A stretch of DNA of 64,000 bases from Eledone cirrhosa (taxonomy: Eukaryota), in NCBI GenBank assembly GCA_964016885.1, contig OZ024753.1:23622001-23686000 (forward strand). The letters are read 5' to 3'. Of this stretch, positions 28,288 to 39,500 are shown in pieces (positions within the stretch are counted from its first letter, which is position 1; each line of letters starts with the position of its first letter). The position numbers were made by a program, and so were the translations under genes. A model generated the notes under the pieces. That model saw only the letters and a list, made by a program, of their open reading frames with translations, was not told the DNA's origin and did no database searches.

Positions 28288-29234
28288 AGACACTATGTAC
28301 AGAAAATCACAGTAGAGAGATGAAGAGGAAAACCACGAATTATGTAATGGGTAACATAAAGTATTCGACAAAATTCGTGGGAAAGAAGGAGATGGGGATC
28401 CACCGCATTCAATTTACGTAAAGTCGGAAAGACGGCAAGGCACCTGAGGAGGGAGACTTGTGAGGTGGGGTCGATGTTGCAGCCTCCGGCCATTCTCTGC
28501 TATAATGGTTTTACCGTTTTGACCGCAGGGTGTAGCTGAGGCAAGCTGGAATGTAGCGACTGTTCCACCCCCGCTCTTTCTTTCGCCGCTTGATCCTTCT
28601 TTCTTTTTCTCGTTTTCATTTTCTTTTCTCTTCTTCCCTTTCTGTTCCCTTTAGTAGAGTGTGTTGTTGTTATTAGATACTGCTCAATTATGTTCATATA
28701 TTCTCAATTTTCTTCTTCATCTTAACCGGTTTCAACCCGACTCCCCGACAAAAAAACAAACAAACCAAAAAACCGCTTTGTTGCATTTACACAACTTCTG
28801 TTTTACTAAAGGAGAACATGACTCTATTAATGGGAACCTGCAATCTGCGGGAGAAGCATGTGCCCCTGTTAGTATTAGCTATTGAAAGGCCAATAATGTC
28901 AATGGCCTTTCATGACCTGACGTACTCTGATGGTTATTCCTAAATTGTTTCGTGGATCAGTGATATACATTGAAATACAACAGCCACTTTAGCGTTTCGA
29001 TTATGTCCAACATTATTTGTATTTACAGAACTGAGTTTAAGCAAAGATAGTCTCTAAGCGGTCATTTTATTTGCTAGATATAGTAACTAATTTCCCTCGA
29101 ATTAGAGTGAATGAGAAGTTCATCGTTTTACAACGGCTCTCCACGTTTTACGGGTTTTTTGTTTTATAAGCGTTAAATAAGTAAGAGTACAGGATAGATC
29201 AGTCCGTTACAGAGTTAACCTTTACCGTGGCTAT

Positions 29235-29355
29235 ACATTTTCAGTTGTGTAAAGTTAAATAAATTACTTTGATCAAGAAAACAATGTATCGTCCAGTCTA
29301 AGAATCGAACACACTACCTTACGATTCCAACACACTAACAACTAAGTAACGTGAT
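29235..29355 (-). mobile_element. Degenerate tRNA-derived SINE 5' fragment, related to 28004-28287
   Basis: GTCCAGTCTAAGAATCGAACAC...CTAACAACTAAGTAACGTG parallels CCCGGTCGGAGAATCGAACTC...CTAGCCACTAAGCCATGCG of the 28.2 kb copy. Confidence 0.55.
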
Positions 29356-29412
29356 TTATAATAAATAAACCAAACATATTGTAGAATGTGATGCTATATA
29401 CTCGACAACTAT

Positions 29413-29602
29413 AATAATTGTTTCTACTTTTGGCACAAGGCCAGCAATTACTCAGTGCATTACTGGTACTTTATTTTATCGACCCCATAAGGAAGAAAGG
29501 CAAAGTTAACCGCGGCGGGATTTGAACTCATATCATAAAGGCCCGTAACTCCATGCTGCAAAGCATGGCGTCCGACCCTCTAGCGATACTGCAAATCCAT
29601 CA
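29413..29602 (-). mobile_element. tRNA-derived SINE of a second family, with a Meta-like central domain
   Basis: The minus strand has a B box GAGTTCAAATCC followed by TTAACTTTGCCTTTCTTCCTTATGGGGTCGATAAAATAAAGTACCAG. It aligns along its whole length with 58603-58791. The domain name is from recall. Confidence 0.8.
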
Positions 29603-29908
29603 TGGTCATATCTCTAAAATCTTGTATTACAGTTCTGCTTAGTCAACGATGATCCGGTGCTAAACAACAACGAAAGTAACTCCACTCGTCTGTGTAGCTT
29701 TGTAATGGAATGGTTCTGAAATATTGTCTTGCTTTAGATCTCATAAAAATATAGATTTTCTGTGATCACTGTAACCCAGTCCTGTTAAGGACTCAATATA
29801 AGAGAGATGTATTGAAATCTCACAACTTCAGGGTTCTGTTGGATAAACTAAGCATTTATTTAGATCCACGTACATACATATAATCAATTATATGTCATTG
29901 TTAGTGTG

Positions 29909-30530
29909 TCTTTCACTCACTGTCTCCCTCTCTCTCACTCTCCCCACCTCTATCTTTCAGTCACTGCCTCCATCTCTCTCACTCTCCCCACCTCTCTCTT
30001 TCACTCACTGCCTCCATCTCTCTCACTCTCCCCACCTCTCTCTTTCACTCACTGCCTCCGTCTCACTCACTCTCCCCACCTCTCTCTTTCACTCACACTC
30101 CCCATCTCTCTCTTTCACTCTCTCCATCTCTCTCACTCTCCCCACCTCTCTCTTTCACTCACTCTCCCCAACCCTCTCTTTCACTCACTGCCTCCGTCTC
30201 TTTCACTCTCCCCACCTCTCTCTTTCACTCACTCTCTCCATCTCTCTCTTTCACTTACTGCCTCCATCTCTCTCTCTCCCCACATCTCTCTTTCACTCAC
30301 TCTCTCCATCTCTCTCTTTCACTCACTGCCTCCGTCTCTCTCACTCTCCCAACTTTCTCTTTCACTCACTGCCTCCGTCTCTCTCACTCTCCCCACCTCT
30401 CTCTTTCACTCACTCTCCCCATCTCTCTCTTTCACTCACTGCCTCCGTCTCTCTCACTGTCCCCATCTCTCTCTTTCACTCACTCTCCCCACCCCTCTCT
30501 TTCACTCACTGCCTCCGGCTCTCTCACCCA
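29909..30530. repeat. C/T-rich minisatellite, about 44-bp unit built from 24- and 20-bp modules (TCTCTCTTTCACTCACTGCCTCCA / TCTCTCTCACTCTCCCCACC)
   Basis: The modules alternate irregularly over about 620 bp and are almost entirely pyrimidine on the + strand. Confidence 0.92.
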
Positions 30531-30695
30531 TCCCCTTAAGCAGACGGAGGACCACACCCTGGCCACCACAATAGAGAAGCAGTTTATTCTATTCTACTAT
30601 TGGCATTTTGGTGAGAACCGAGTCATAACATTCAGACAACAACAATAGATATTTTGACAGAAAATATATTCCATAAAGATTGACGTTAAATTCAC

Positions 30696-31013
30696 GTGTG
30701 TGGGTATGTGTGGGAGTGTTTGTGTGTACGTGAGTGTGTCTGGGTGTGTAGTGTCTTTGTGTGTGGGTGGGTGTGCGTTAATGCGTACGTGCGTGTGTGT
30801 GAGAGAGAGTGCGTTAGTGTGTGTGTGAGAGTACGTAGTGTATGTGTGGGTGTGTGTGCGTTAGTGTGCGTTAGTGTGTGTGTGAGCGTGCGTTAGTGTG
30901 TAGGCGAGTGTGTGTGTGTGTATCTGTGTGTCTGTGCATGTCTGTCTGTGTGTCTGTGCATGTCTGTGTGTACGTGCGTGTGTGTGTCTGTCTGTGTGTG
31001 CGTGTGTGTGTGT
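30696..31013. repeat. Degenerate (GT)n microsatellite with GTGCGTTA and GTCT interruptions
   Basis: Direct reading of the sequence. Confidence 0.93.
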
Positions 31014-31229
31014 AGTCATATTTTCTGACAAATGGTTCAAATGCAGAACATTGTAAGTTGAAAAGAATTCCTCGGTTTTCCATTCCATTTTACAACCGTA
31101 AAAGCTGTAGTTGTGAAGTGAGGTGATAGGAAACAGCATGAGTGTGGTTCAGTGTTAAAGATGGCGGTGTTTATAGCCCAGGAAGCTGAGCATGTGGTAA
31201 ACACAGAAATATATTTACATATATATTAT

Positions 31230-31350
31230 GTTAAGGTGTGAAATATTGTGTTTTGATGAAGGATATAACGCCTCGCCCGATCCAGGAAACGAAATCACAA
31301 CCATGAGGTTACCAACCAAATTCTCTAACCACTAAGTCACGAGCGTTCAT
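31230..31350 (-). mobile_element. Degenerate tRNA-derived SINE 5' fragment
   Basis: GCCCGATCCAGGAAACGAAATCACAACC...CTCTAACCACTAAGTCACGAGCGTTCA is the reverse complement of a decayed B-box/A-box head, similar to 28200-28287. Confidence 0.6.
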
Positions 31351-31402
31351 TTTATTTCACGCTGCCTTTACTGTCAGGAGTTGCGACCGGTAGATAATCC
31401 AG

Positions 31403-31510
31403 TCCAATCCAGGACCTTCTCACTCCTACTGGACGAACCCCTCCCTGGTTGACTTCCAATCCAGGGCCTTCTCACTCCTGCTTGAAGAACCCCTCCCTGG
31501 TTGACCTCCA
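31403..31510. repeat. 52-bp tandem duplication, 2 copies
   Basis: TCCAATCCAGG...CCCCTCCCTGGTTGAC starts at 31403 and 31455, with few mismatches. Confidence 0.9.
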
Positions 31511-31719
31511 CCACTTTCTGTTTGCTTATCGTCATGTGTAGCCGTACCGACCATGGCCAATTGCGAGTTGGTGAGGGTATTTAACCCATAGTTGGACGGT
31601 AGATAGTATCAGCAATGAAAAGACCAATGGAAACATTGTTTCCTTGGTCCGTTTTGACGCGTTCTATTCCATTTGGTAAGCGAATGAGGTCTAATCGATG
31701 TTAAGGTGGAGTCGTTATG

Positions 31720-31830
31720 GTGTCGCAATTTGTTCCGGCCAACTGTGGGTAGGTATAAATACCACAGAGGAAAACTTTGTCTTTCATCCTTTTGAGGTAG
31801 ATAAAAAAAATAGCAGTCCAGTATTGATCT
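31720..31830 (+). mobile_element. Old SINE fragment of the 29413/58603 family
   Basis: AACTTTGTCTTTCATCCTTTTGAGGTAGATAAAA matches the family's central domain AACTTTGCCTTTCATCCTTACGGGGTCGATAAAA. Confidence 0.55.
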
Positions 31831-33084
31831 CAATTCTTCCTATATCCTTATCATTCTGGAATAAATCGGATGTGTTCTGACTTGGAGAGGAATAGGACTT
31901 GCCAAGTTCTAATGCCCAATATAGGTCATGTATCAAGACAATGTCCTAACCGCTCGAAACGTTAACCACTCTTTATATTAACACTCTCTGTGATTGTTAT
32001 GTTGCTTTATGATTTATGAATATTAGACATGCAATTTTGTATTTACGAATGACAGGCGGTTTAAGCATGGGCATGATTATGTCTCACTAGTTTGACTTTA
32101 ATAACACTAAAAATAAAAACTGAACAACTGGAAAACCAAGAAATTGTTTTAACTGAGTGTTTTAATCAAATATGTTTATAATTTAAGTGTTAATAATTTG
32201 AGTGTTTTGATATAACTGTTATAATGACCACGAGCGAATAAAACCATCTCATTTTAAAAATAAAGAACGAAATATTAGATAATGTAGATAGTTCTACGTA
32301 TCCCTTAAACAGATGCGATGGTCACATCTAGAAAGCCTTTCGATTATAAGTCAGCTCTCTTGCGTTTGGTATGCGGATAAAGAACTGCACTCACAATATC
32401 ACTTGGGTGTAATACTACTTTAGAAGAGTAACTATGCCAATAATAATTGCTGTTTCTACCTGAAACATGGAAGTCATATCTAAGCTTTCAACCTTGTATG
32501 AATTGCCTTGCGCAGAGTTATTCTCCCATAACCTTGGATCTTCTTATTAAGTCAAAGAAATTAGTGTGGATTTCCCGAGGAGGAACTCTTCCTGTTTTCG
32601 TTGGTAATCTTAATCCACCAATCGCCTTAAGCGGTGTCTATTTGTTGAAAGCATTCAGACAAGGTTTGGGGATGTCTTCCTCACTTACTTCCACAAACTA
32701 AGTGATTAAGCAAAAAAATAAAAAATAAATAATACATACCTTAAACCGAGTAGAGAGAATATAAAACTTCAACTATGGCATAAAATCTATCTCTAATATA
32801 ACTTGAATCAGATTCACGAGATCTAACAAATTTGAAATTAATACAAGAAAGAAATCACCAAAAATACAAACAAAAGCCCATAAAAGTACGGGTTTGCATT
32901 AATCTTTTTCTTATGTATTATTTTGTCACTAACCCATTACAATTGAAACAAACTCAATTGTAGAAATATCTGCTGCTTTTAAGTTTCTCTAACGATTCTA
33001 CAAAATTTCAAAATTTGTAAAGAAAGCAAATAAAACAGATGAAATAAAGTTAAAATTATTTACTTCTCCAATCCCACATCTCCC

Positions 33085-33221
<137 letters not shown>

Positions 33222-33329
33222 ACTTTTGAGAAACATAGTAAACCATTGATTGGTAAAGGAAATTACTTTTGTAATGAACAGAGAGGATTCGGTAAGATGT
33301 AAATTAAGAAAACAAAAAAATCACATACA

Positions 33330-36307
33330 TACATAATGAAATACTACGTGTTATTGACGAAATAGAGGATGAATATTTACGACGGATAAAAACCCCAACA
33401 TTTTCGCAAATCAACCCCTGTTTATATGCCTTAGCAACGACAGTGAAGCATTATCTTGGTGATAGCAGAGATATTAACAAGAACAAAACACCACCAAAAA
33501 TACCATCATGTATAACTAAAATAGAAAAAAAGATTGCTGACCTACGAAAAAACATAGGACATGTGACAATGCTCCTTGCATGCAAACAAACACAAAAAAC
33601 CTCACTCGTCACCAACAAAGAGTGGAAAATAAAATAGAGACGATGTTTGGTAACAGTAGAACCAGAACTCTCCAATATAAACTGATTACCCTCAAACAAG
33701 AATTGAGAGCTGTTAGCGAAAAACGCCGATACCTGACGAAGGTATATGAGAGAAAAGTGCTTAATAAAAGATTCAGACGAAACCAAACATCAGTCTATAG
33801 AGATATGAAGGGCAATCCCAGAAAGACATAGATTCCTTTTGGAGATAAATATGGGGTGAAAAGAAGAATTTCAACCAAGATGCAGTGTGGCCAAGAGAAA
33901 TCCGAAAGAACTATTGCTCCTACACTACAACAAAAACATACGAAATAAGTGAGGGTACCCTTCAGACTGTGATAGGAAAACTCCAAGATAAGAAAACACC
34001 AGGAAGAGACATGATTGTCGGCTACTGGTACAAAAAACTAATATTCTATTGGAGGTATCTTACTGACCTCTACCAACAAGTTCTTAAGGGAGATACACTT
34101 ACTGGTCCCCAAGAACAAAGACACCCACTTGGCAAAAAACTACCGACCGATTGCATGCCAGAACCTGATGTATAAGATGTATACAGCCTGCCTGAACCTA
34201 TTCCTCCAAGATCACTGTGAAAATAATAACATCATCACTGATGAACAAGCAGCTGGAAAGAAAGGGGTTTGGGGATGTGCTGACAACCCCTAATCAACAA
34301 AACTGCGATGTCAGAGGTGCGACAACTTAGGAGGAATATGACTACAGTCTGGATGGACTACAGGAAAGCTTTCGATTCTGTTCCCCACTCTTGGATGATA
34401 GAGGCCCTCTAACTTGCTAAAGTCCCAGACATTATTGTCAGAGCCTTAGAGAAGCTGTCTTCTTCTTGGGCTACTATCCTGAAGTTAAAGACAGAGAGGG
34501 AGGACTCTATTTTCACTGATAAAATAAAATATTGCAGGGTTATATTGCAGTATATTTCAGGGGGGCAGTCTCTCTGTGATATTATTCATCCTGTCATTAA
34601 ACCCATTGTCCTTTCTGCTCAAGGAATGTGAGGGATACATCATTGGCTCACAGGAGGACAGAAATAGGAACCTAACCCATAAATTCTTTGTGGACGATCT
34701 GAAACTCTATGCCAAGAACATGGATGGGAAGAAGAAAAATCTCGACCTGGTTACAACGTTCTCAAAGGATATAGGAATGGAGTTTGGCCAAGATAAATGC
34801 TCATACATGACTGTAAAGCGGGGAAAAACAACAACCCAATCTAGCAACATTGTCATCAATGGTCTAACTGTTTCACCGATATCTGATGAGGACTGCTACA
34901 GATACCTGGGGATAGATGAGAACATATCCTATAATGGTATCTGTAATAAAGAACGCGTAACCAGGGAATACAACACCCGATTAAGAAAGATCTGGTCATC
35001 GGAACTCTCTGCGCAAAACAAAACAGTGGCTCACAATGTGTTTGCTGTGCCTGTCCTAACACCAACATTTGGAATACTCAATTGGACGATAGACGAAATC
35101 CGAGCAGTTGATGTTGGAACTCGAAAAATACTGAACAACACCGGAAACTTCCACATCAACAGTGACATAGACCGCCTTTACTTGAAATGTAAGCAGGGAG
35201 GCAGAGGCCTAACATCAGTCCAGACAACATTTGAATTTCGCATCATATCTCTCCGACAACATCTACAACCTCGAAGCGTAGGAGCCGGTTTCTCGAGCAA
35301 GTCTATCTGCATGAAACAGATAAGATCATGAGAGTTGGGAAGGAACTCCTTGAGAAATATTCCCTGTGTGATAATCAAAAACTCACACCCAGGGATGTCG
35401 CTCAGCAGTATCGCAGTGAATCCATGGATGAAAAACTGCATGCCTATCAGCAAAAATCATGCATGGATATGTTGCCAGAAAGCTCCAGAGTGAGAGTAAT
35501 ATAGATAAGGAAAGTAGTCTATCTTGGACCAACAACCGCTATATTGGCTCCCAGTTTGAAGGATACGCTTTTGCAATCCAGGAACAGGTGATTAGCACGA
35601 AATACCTGATTCACAAAAGAGATAGGGATGCAGGCAAAACACCTAGATGTGATAACAAGTGCAGACTCTTCAGAACTAACATCGAGGATATCATCCATGT
35701 CATCAGCAGCTGCCCAAAGATGTCATCACGGTACTATCTACCTATGAGGCATGATGTAGTGGCCAAAACACTGTACAATGCAGTTCTTAAAAAAGATAGC
35801 CCCGATAATAAACACATTAAAAGCTACAACAATGTGGAAGACATCCATGTACATAATATGAAAGAGTACTGGTGGAATGTTCCAGTAAAAACCACAATAA
35901 AATGCAGGAATAACAGACCAGATATTATGATATGGGACAGGGAGAAGAAAACATGCACAGTAGTGGAAATTAGCTGTCCAGCAGATGCCAATATAATATC
36001 AAAGATTAGTGAAAAGGAGAATATTTATGCAGAACTGATGAGAAATATGCAGATATTCCACCCTGATTACACCTTCAGATGTATACCTGTGATTATTGGT
36101 GCACTGGGATATGTTAGTAACTGTCTCAATACAAATCTTGAGAAGCTAGGCTTCACAGGAACAGAAAGAACACATCTAGTTAGGAAACTACAAATACAGT
36201 CCATTAATGGTACAGTAAAAATATGTAAAACATTCCAAAAATGTTCTAATAACTGCATATACACATGTACAGACACATGCACACATACACATCCACACAT
36301 ACAATAA
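33330..36307 (+). pseudogene. Fragmented reverse transcriptase / restriction-like endonuclease ORF
   Basis: Motifs across frames: TPGRDMIVGYWYKK, PKNKDTHLAKNYRPIACQNLMYK, WMDYRKAFDSVPHSW, FQGGSLS (canonical QGDSLS), HKFFVDDLKLY (catalytic, about 34687), YRYLG, RLYLKCKQGGRGL, CRLF..EDIIHVISSC (CCHC with the second Cys changed to Phe), RHD, NRPDIMIWD..VVEISCP. Disablements: TAA at 34410-34412, a 10-bp duplication-like insert at 34541-34550 and several frameshifts. Confidence 0.93.
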
Positions 36308-36364
36308 CATCCATATCTACACATGCATGCATGCAGACATATCTACCTAGTTGATGTGTAAATT

Positions 36365-36413
36365 CCAATGAGAGAGTCTTGTGTCTATGTTAGAAATCGA
36401 CTCTCTCTATTGG
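36365..36413 (+). other. Stem-loop in the LINE 3' UTR
   Basis: CCAATGAGAGAGTC (36365-36378) pairs with GACTCTCTCTATTGG (36399-36413) with a one-base bulge. Confidence 0.75.
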
Positions 36414-36516
36414 TAAAACTTTGTGAAATTATAAAACCAGAAGAACATACATATATACATACATATGCACACACACATACACACAAAATATTTTAAAAAA
36501 AACAGGAAATGTATGA

Positions 36517-39500
36517 TTCTGTGGGACACTGTGTTGCTTGTACCATACCTTTCTGTGGGACACTGTGTTACTTGAATCCCACCATTCTGTGGGACACTGT
36601 GTTACTTGTATACCACCTTTCCGTAGGAGAGTGTTACGTGTATCCCAATTTTCTGTGGGACACTTTTTCTTGTATCCTACCTCTCTTTGGGACAATGTCT
36701 TACTTGTATACCACTTTTCTGTGGGACACTTTTTTACTTGTATACCACCTTTCTGTGGGACACAGTTTTACTTGTATACCACCTTTCTGTGGGACACTGT
36801 CTACCTTGTATCCTACCTCTCTGTGGGACACTGTCTTACTTGTATCCTACCTATATGTGGGACACTGTGTTAGTTGTATCCCACCTTTCTGTGGGACACT
36901 GTGTTAGTTGTATCCCACTTTTCTGTGGGACACTGTCTACCTTGTATCCTACCTCTCTGTGGGACACTGTTATTGTGTCCTAACTCTCTGTGGGACAGTG
37001 TTATTGTATCCTACCTCTCTGTGGGACATTGTGTACCATTGTATCCTACCCCTCTGTGGTACACTGTGTTACTTGAATTCTACCTTTCTGTGGGACACTG
37101 TGTTACTTGCACCATACCTTTCTGTGGGACACTGTGTTAGATGTATCCCACCTTTCTGTGGAACACTGTGTTACTTGTATCCTACCTTTCTGTTGGACAC
37201 TGTTAGTGTATCCTAACTCTCTGTGGGACACTGTTACTTGTATCCTAACTCTCTGTGGGACACTGTTTTACCTGTATTCCACCTTTCTGTGGGACATTGT
37301 GTCACATGTATCCTACTTCTCTATGAGACATTGTCTTACTTGAATCGCACCTTTCAGTGGGATACTGTCTTACTTGTATCCTATCTTTCTGTGGGACACT
37401 ATTTCTTGTATCCTACCTCTCTTTGTGACATTGTGTCACTTGTATCCTAGCTCCCTGTGGGACACTGTTAATTGTATCCTACCTCTCTGTGGGACACGGT
37501 TATTGTATACTAACTCTCTGCGGGACACTGTGTTACTTGTATGGCACCCCTATGTGGGACACTGTGTTATTTGTATCCCACCTTTCAGTGGGACACTGTG
37601 TTACTTGTACCCTACCATTCTGTAGGACACTTTTAGTTGTATCTTACTTCTCTGTGGGACATTGTGTTACTTATATCCTACCTTTCTATGGGACACTGTG
37701 TTACTTGTATCCCACCTTTCTGTGGGACACTGTGTTACTTGTATCCCACCTTTCTGTGGGACACTGTCTAAACTTATATCCTACCTCTCTGTGGAACACT
37801 GTTACACGTATCCTACCTCTCTGGGGACAGTGTGCTACATGTGTCCCATCTCTATGTGGGACACTGTTACTTGTATCCCACCCCTCTGTGGGACACTGTG
37901 TTACTTGTATCCTAGCTCTCTGTGGGACACTGTTACTTGTATCCTACTTTTCTGTGTGACACTGTGTTACTTGTATCCTACATCTCTGTGAGACACTGTG
38001 TTACGTGAATCATACCTTCTGTGGGACACTGTGTTACACGTATCCTACATCTCTGTGGGACACTGTATTACTTGTATGCTACATCTATGTGGGACACTGT
38101 TTACTTGAATCATACCTTTCTGTGGGATACTGTGTTACTTGTATCCTACCTTGCTGAGGGACAATGTGTTACTTGTATCCCACCTTTGTATGGGACACTG
38201 TGTTACTTGTATTCTACCCCTCTGTGGGACACTGTGTAACTTGTATCCCACGTTTCTGTGGGACGCTGTGTTACTTGTATCCCACCTTTCTGTTGGACAC
38301 TGTGTTACTTGTATACCACCTTTCTGTGGGACACTGTGTTACTTGTATCCCACCTTTCTGTGGGACACTGTGTTACTTGTATACCACCTTTCTGTGGGGA
38401 CAGTGTAACTTGTATCCCACTTTTCTGTGGGACACTGTGTTACTTGCATCCTAACTGCCTGTGGGACTGTGTTACTTGTATCCCACCTTTCTGTGGGACA
38501 CTCTATTACTTGTATCCTACCTCTCTGTGGGACACTGTTACTTGTACCCTACCTTTCTGTGGGCTACTGTGTTACATGTATCCTGCATTGCTGTGGGACA
38601 TTGTGTTACTTGTATCCCACCTCTCTTTGGGACACTGTTATTGTATCCTATATCTCTGTGGGACACTGTTTTACTTATATCCCACCTTTCTGTTGGACAC
38701 TGTGTTACTTGTATCCAACCTCTCTGTGAGACACTATTACTTGTATCCCACCTTTCTGTGGGACACTCTATTACTTGTATCCTACCTATCTGTGGGACAC
38801 TGTTACTTGTATCCTACCATTCTGTGGGACACTGTGTTACTTGTATCCTACCCTTCTGTGGGACACTGTGTTACTTGAGATCTACCTCTCTGTGGGACAC
38901 TGTAATACTTGTACCATACCTTTCTGTGGGACACTGTGTAAGTTGTTTCCCACCTTTCTGTGGGACACTGTGTTACTTGTATCCTACCTCTCTGTGGGAC
39001 ACTGTTATTGTATACTAATTCTCTGTGGGACACTGTTTTACTTGTATCCCACCTTTCTGTGGGACACTCTGTTACTTGTATCTTACCTCTCTCTGGGACA
39101 CTGTTACTTGTATCATACTTCTCTGTGGGACACTGTGTTACTTGTATTCCACGTTTCTGTGGGACACTGTGTCACTTGTATCCTACCTCTCTGTGGGACA
39201 TTGTGTTACTTGAACCGCACCTCTATGTGGGAGACTGTGTTATTTGTATCCCACCTTTCTGTGGGACACTGTGTTACTTGTATCCTACTTTTCTGTGGGA
39301 CACTGCGTTACTTGTATCCTACCTTTCCGTGGGACACTGTGTTACTTTATCTAACCTCTCTGTGGGACACTGTTTTACTTGTATCCCACCTTTCTGTGGG
39401 ACACTGTCTGACTTGTACCATACATTTCTGTGGGACTCTGTGTTAGTTGTATCCCACCTTTCTGTGGGACACTGTGTTACTTGTATCCTACCTTTCTGTT

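Noticed and set aside
29892-31139. Ser/Leu/His- and Val/Cys-rich ORFs
   Set aside because: These are translations of the C/T minisatellite and the (GT)n tract.
31155-31200. YY1-like motif or start codon AAGATGGCGG as a promoter or first exon
   Set aside because: It is a single short motif followed by a short ORF, with no other support.
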